Source: Macrostomum lignano
Taxonomy: Eukaryota
Direction of reading: 5' to 3'
Length of the DNA stretch: 64,000 bases
Assembly: GCA_002269645.1 (NCBI GenBank)
Contig: NIVC01001425.1
Coordinates: 114,666 to 178,665, forward strand
A program made the translations under genes and the position numbers. Under the pieces are notes generated by a model. It did not search any database. It saw only the letters and a list, made by a program, of their open reading frames with translations, and had not been told where the DNA came from. Shown in pieces: positions 59,645-64,000 of this stretch; the first letter of the stretch is position 1; each line of letters starts with the position of its first letter.

Positions 59645-60269
59645 CACGTTTGAAAGTAATCCGTCGGACCGATTTTCTTCATTTTGTACCATTTAATTGG
59701 AATTTTATCATACGAGCGTACTGTAATGTATGTGTACTTGATTTTGCATGTGTGCTCCGTCAATGGTGGCACCATGGATCATGCAGATATCTATGGGTTG
59801 TGCCAACCACACAGTTACTCGTAAATAAGGCAGGGCGCATGCCAGTGAGGAGTTCCTCACGCTCATTTGTTGCTCACGATAAACCACGTCTTGCAATAGA
59901 TCGTATGATTAATTTTTTTGTTTTTATTAACGAAAGGGTCCTCTAAAAGGTGAAAAAACAGGTATTTTCCCTATCAAACCAGTACTTTGTATGCAGTTGT
60001 AGCTGCTTTATTGTCTATGGCCCAAAAGCTAAAGCTGGTATTTTGGCCGAAATGAATAGTATAGTCATCTGTAATAAATAAAGAATTTTATGTAAATAAA
60101 GCATTTTTCAGGCTGCAAGAAAGTGCGAGCAGGAAATAAAATAATCGATGGGAAGGCCTGTGGAGTTTTCTTATCGTCTATGGTCGAAACAATTGGCTTT
60201 ACGTCAACCAAATAAATAATACAGGCAAGAGACAGATAAATCTTCAGTTCTAGAGTTTTTTTTAACTCA

Positions 60270-60560
60270 AAATGGCCGCAGTCGACGATGAAATTCTAGA
60301 GGAAGATGGAGCGAGTTTTGTTACAGCAGAGAATGCACATTAGAGCATTCATTCGCTGGCCTGCAGTAGAGCGAAGCCACACTAAGCAGATTTCTAGACA
60401 AACACCGGATGACGCTGATTGCTTAGGAAGGGATGCTGACGTACCGGTCGCTCGGAACACGCTAGAGAATGAGGCACATCGACAAGAATTAGCGCAGTGG
60501 TTGGTTACTTGCCTCCAGATTGTCACTCGATCTATATTGATGAGACGGGATTCAACACGT
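60270..60560 (+). pseudogene. IS630/Tc1-mariner-like transposase fragment
   Basis: SEATLSRFLDKHRMTL ... VPVARN...HRQELAQW ... HSIYIDETGFN (first catalytic D motif) in shifted frames. Confidence 0.55.
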
Positions 60561-61739
60561 AGTGCATGTGCCCTTGTCTGTTTGGCAGTGCGCGGTGCAC
60601 TTTGGGGCTGGCTGGGGGTTGGCCTGGCCAGCTCAGCAGTTGCACGTAATGAGCAATTTATCTTATTGTTGTTGGTTAGATCGGAATTAGCGCAGAACTC
60701 GGCTCGCGCTCACAGCATTGTGCTAGCTTGCTTGTCGGCCGCCACTTTTCTATTTCTACTAAGTCTGTAATAATCTTTAAGTCTGAAAGTTAAAACTACA
60801 TATTCTGGCATTTATAATAAACGATTTCTACACCTCTACTACTCAGCTTAGCTACTTATTTATACAAAACTATTGAATCTAGCAGTTTTATATCGTATGT
60901 CAACATTTTGAATTACCCCGCCCTCATTTACCATCAACACTTTCCAATTTACACGGCGCGGTTTGCTGATTATACAGACAGATATGATGTCAAGCGCTTT
61001 TTTAATGATAAAATATTACACGCTCGTTCCTGTTTTTTCTCTTATTACTATTATTAACTAGTAGGTCACCACATGTACGCACGTATTTTCCTAGAGTAGG
61101 GGACGGCTATTTTTTAGTAGTCCGGAGGGACTATGTAACTTTTATTGCGTTAAATTAGGGCTAGCAAAGTTCGAATTGCGTTAAAGCGGTAGACTTGGGG
61201 ACGGGGAAATCTTTGTCTGTGGCCAAGCCACCATTCTATGTGTGAGGTGTGTGCAATCTTCTTTTCGGTATGGCAGGCTCATGGGGTGGTGGGCACGTAT
61301 CAATCGATAATTTCGTTTGTAAATTGATTGGGGCTAGCAAAGTTCGAATCGCATCAAAGCGGCAGGCAGACATAGGGACAGGGAAATCTTTGTCTAGGTC
61401 CAAGCTGCTTCTTTTGGGTAGGGGCTGGGGTGATGGGTGGATTAATCGACAATTACGAGCTAAGTTTTTTATAGTTTTTACAGTGTATAATTAAGAATTA
61501 GACTGCTGCAGCAGCAGTAGTAGCAGCAGATGGAGTTAAAAAGTGAGGGAGTGAGGGAGGAGGAGTGAGGGGAGGATACTTTTGGGTGGCTATTTATTGG
61601 GTCTCTTCTTTTAAGTATTGCAGCAGACCAGACAGCTAGCTCATTGACAGAAGACTGTGCTATAGTGTCTATAGTATCTATAGTGTCTAGCTAACTACTC
61701 GTAGCAATTTGATTGACGGCAATGTCGTGGGTGATGACA

Positions 61740-62035
61740 CTAGCGCCGGCAGCGGCACAGTAACAACTGCAGCAGCAGCAGCAGGGTGAGCAACACTGTA
61801 TCTACGCATTTACGTTAGACTCTTTTTCAGTGCTAAGAATGTTTAACATCTTTTCACCAAGGATAGCATAGCACTTCGGCACTTCGACGGCGGCATATTC
61901 TTCTTCTTCGACAAAGCCGAAGTCGCAGCAACCCAGTAGTCTGCAACGCCGACTGCATCGCCACTGTTGCTGCCTCGAGAACCTGCGGCGTCTTTCAAAA
62001 AACCAACATCGTTTATGGTAAAAATGACCACGTCC
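61740..62035 (-). CDS. Candidate terminal exon pair (62035-61858, 61801-61740) of an unidentified gene
   Basis: Acceptor TTCTCTGCCTTCTCAG|G and a 56-bp GT-AG intron. One frame gives GRGHFYHKRCWFF..CYAILDTVLLTLLLLLQLLLCRCRR*; a second frame is also open. Confidence 0.25.
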
Positions 62036-62808
62036 CTGAGAAGGCAGAGAAGGCGGTTCGAAGCCAAAACAAGTCATTACCATAGAGAATCCACAGAATT
62101 TTTAATCCTTCGCTTTCCTCGAAGAAAAAAAGAAAAAAAAGTGTGCAGTGCAATCTTCCTTCACTAGATTTTCTCAGCTCACCTCACCACCACCTGCGCA
62201 CACCACACAGCATAACGGGAAAAACACCGGTGGAGATGATTCTGGCTTACAACCGCAGAACTTTAGAAAGTTGGACTTTCGAAAGCCGGTCAGGTTTTAT
62301 CTCTGAACTTTAGAAAAGAGAAAGAGGTGAATTCCTGCTAAAGTTATTACTCGAACTGGTCGGGTATCGTACAGACTTCTGGTCAATGGACAAGTCTAGA
62401 AAAAAATAAATAAAATAAAATAAATAAAATAAACATAATAAAATAAATCATCAAAGCAGATTTACCAGGGCACATTAAACCAGACCCTAATTAGCCACCG
62501 CCCAGTCTAAAGAACTCTCAAAGCATCAAGCCAAGGAGAGACCCAGGCAGCGGACACTGATGACAGGGTTGACGCTGATCCTGGTGCTACAAGCAGGGCG
62601 ATTTTGCTTTGCACGAGAGCGCTTGTAATATTCTCTCGACAAGGGACAAGTTTCAGTCGAATTGAACTTTCGTCTATGGCAAATCCCATGTTTGTCGCGA
62701 GATTCAACTGTGGGGGTTTGGATTTCGGCTTATTTAAAAAAGGCTTCGCTTTGCTTGCGACTTTGAGCCCTCCGGTCTTGCTTGCGGGTAAGTGTTTAAA
62801 TATAGAAG

Positions 62809-63557
62809 ATGCCACTCACGAGTGAGAACAAGCAGATCCTACTGCGTCTTATACGCGAGAACAAGAAGGAACTATTCGGCGAATTTAGTGCAACCATAAC
62901 CAAGGACAAGAGGATTGCATGCTGGAAAAAGGTTGTTTCCTCAAGCTAGGAAGAGTACAGGTTTGACCCCTGTCCCGGAAAGGCCTACAGGTACATCCGC
63001 GACGTACTCTGGCCTAACTTTAAGCGTCGTACCTTGGAGAAGATTGACTCAGTGCGCAAAACTGGTGCTGCTGGTGGGCCTGATTGCAAGCTGAACGACA
63101 TTCAAGAACTGGTGCTGGACATCTTGGCAAGAGATCCGGTGCGCAAAACTGGTGCTGCTGGTGGGCCTGAATAAAAGCTGAACGACATTCAAGAACTGGT
63201 GCTGGACATCTTGGTATCGTAGTTGGCCTGGCTGTTCCCGAGACGTATGAACAGATTCCTGCAGTTGAGACTTCTGGTGCCGCATCACCTACTGAGTCAG
63301 CGAGTCATACGGAGAGTCCTGTTTTGAGCAACGACACTGCGCCCACTACAAGCTGAGCTGGGCCAGGTCAGCGTAGAAAGATCCGATCTGGCCAGTCATC
63401 CTCACATGAAATGGATGACCTGAAGAAACGCAAAGTGGAAATGCAGCTTCGTGAGCTGGAACTTCGCAGCGAGAACTGGCAACTGCGGAATGCGAAGCTG
63501 CGCCTTGAAATTGCACATCTTACTGGACCGAACGACCTTCAGTACTGCATGTTGTGA
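62809..63557 (+). pseudogene. Third Myb/SANT (MADF)-like Harbinger accessory gene, disrupted by a tandem duplication
   Basis: MPLTSENKQILLRLIRENKKELFG..KDKRIACW..WPNFKRRTLEK..KTGAAGG..LNDIQELVLDIL. A 76-bp segment is duplicated (63052-63127 / 63139-63214), with a stop in the second copy. ACTTGT repeats at 63840-64000 look subterminal. Confidence 0.6.
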
Positions 63558-64000
63558 CTCCTCTTTTTTTCATTAACTGTTCGCGCTGTTTGAAATTTAT
63601 ACATTTCCCGTTAGAAAACTGTCATTTTCGTGTAGGCCCTCAAACAAAGCAATAAACGAGTATGTTTCAATAGTCGGAAACCGAAGCGTTTACAACAGTC
63701 AAAATTGAACTACAATTCAAATATAGTGTGAATATAGCCCCAAAGATGTACAGTAACTAATTTTAAAGTCCGTGAAGTACAGAGAAATAATGGGAACTTG
63801 TAAGATTTAAGTAAGCTCGCGGGGTCAGAGTTTACTACGCAACTTGTCACTCGCGAATAGCAGAAAAACTTGTCAGGTTATACATTCTATGCAACGAACC
63901 ACTTGTAACGGGACTTGTAACTTGTAACTTGTCACTTGTCAAATGCTTGTCGTTTGTAAAGCGTCTATGCAACGGACTTCACGGTTTACTTGTAGCTTGT

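Noticed and set aside
61152-61410. Diverged ~85-bp direct duplication (GGGCTAGCAAAGTTCGAAT...GGGAAATCTTTGTCT)
   Set aside because: Real, but only two degenerate copies with no discernible element structure or function.

Overview
Eukaryotic (metazoan invertebrate) genomic DNA. Spliceosomal introns, GC-rich exons and long minisatellites are reminiscent of a Macrostomum-type flatworm, but this is not verifiable from the sequence alone. About 0-21 kb is a host-gene block: a spliced DUF4806-like gene head-to-head with a 3-exon MEMO1, several tandem arrays including a ~4 kb 16-bp satellite, the 3' exons of a PTPN14/21(Pez)-like probable pseudophosphatase, a single-exon RRM + RGG/FGG-repeat protein, and a secreted 6-Cys protein. 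A 2-exon membrane-protein gene lies at 34.7-36.6 kb. The rest is a dense, nested transposon landscape: hAT, MuDR and P-type MITEs; a P-like THAP element interrupted by a Harbinger that is itself interrupted by an RNase H-bearing LINE; a second, apparently intact Harbinger; and Gypsy, BEL, RTE and Tc1-like remnants. The most striking signal is a cluster of Crypton-type tyrosine-recombinase (YR) elements: one intact gene, three decayed copies and two N-terminal derivatives, from several divergent lineages, five of the six packed into 23.2-31.7 kb. They are punctuated by a strongly over-represented 8-mer CCATAGAC/GTCTATGG (at least 32 perfect copies counted by eye, ~2 expected), often with a CATTCCTGCAC-like motif at near-fixed spacing. 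This looks like a site-specific, self-targeting recombination system.
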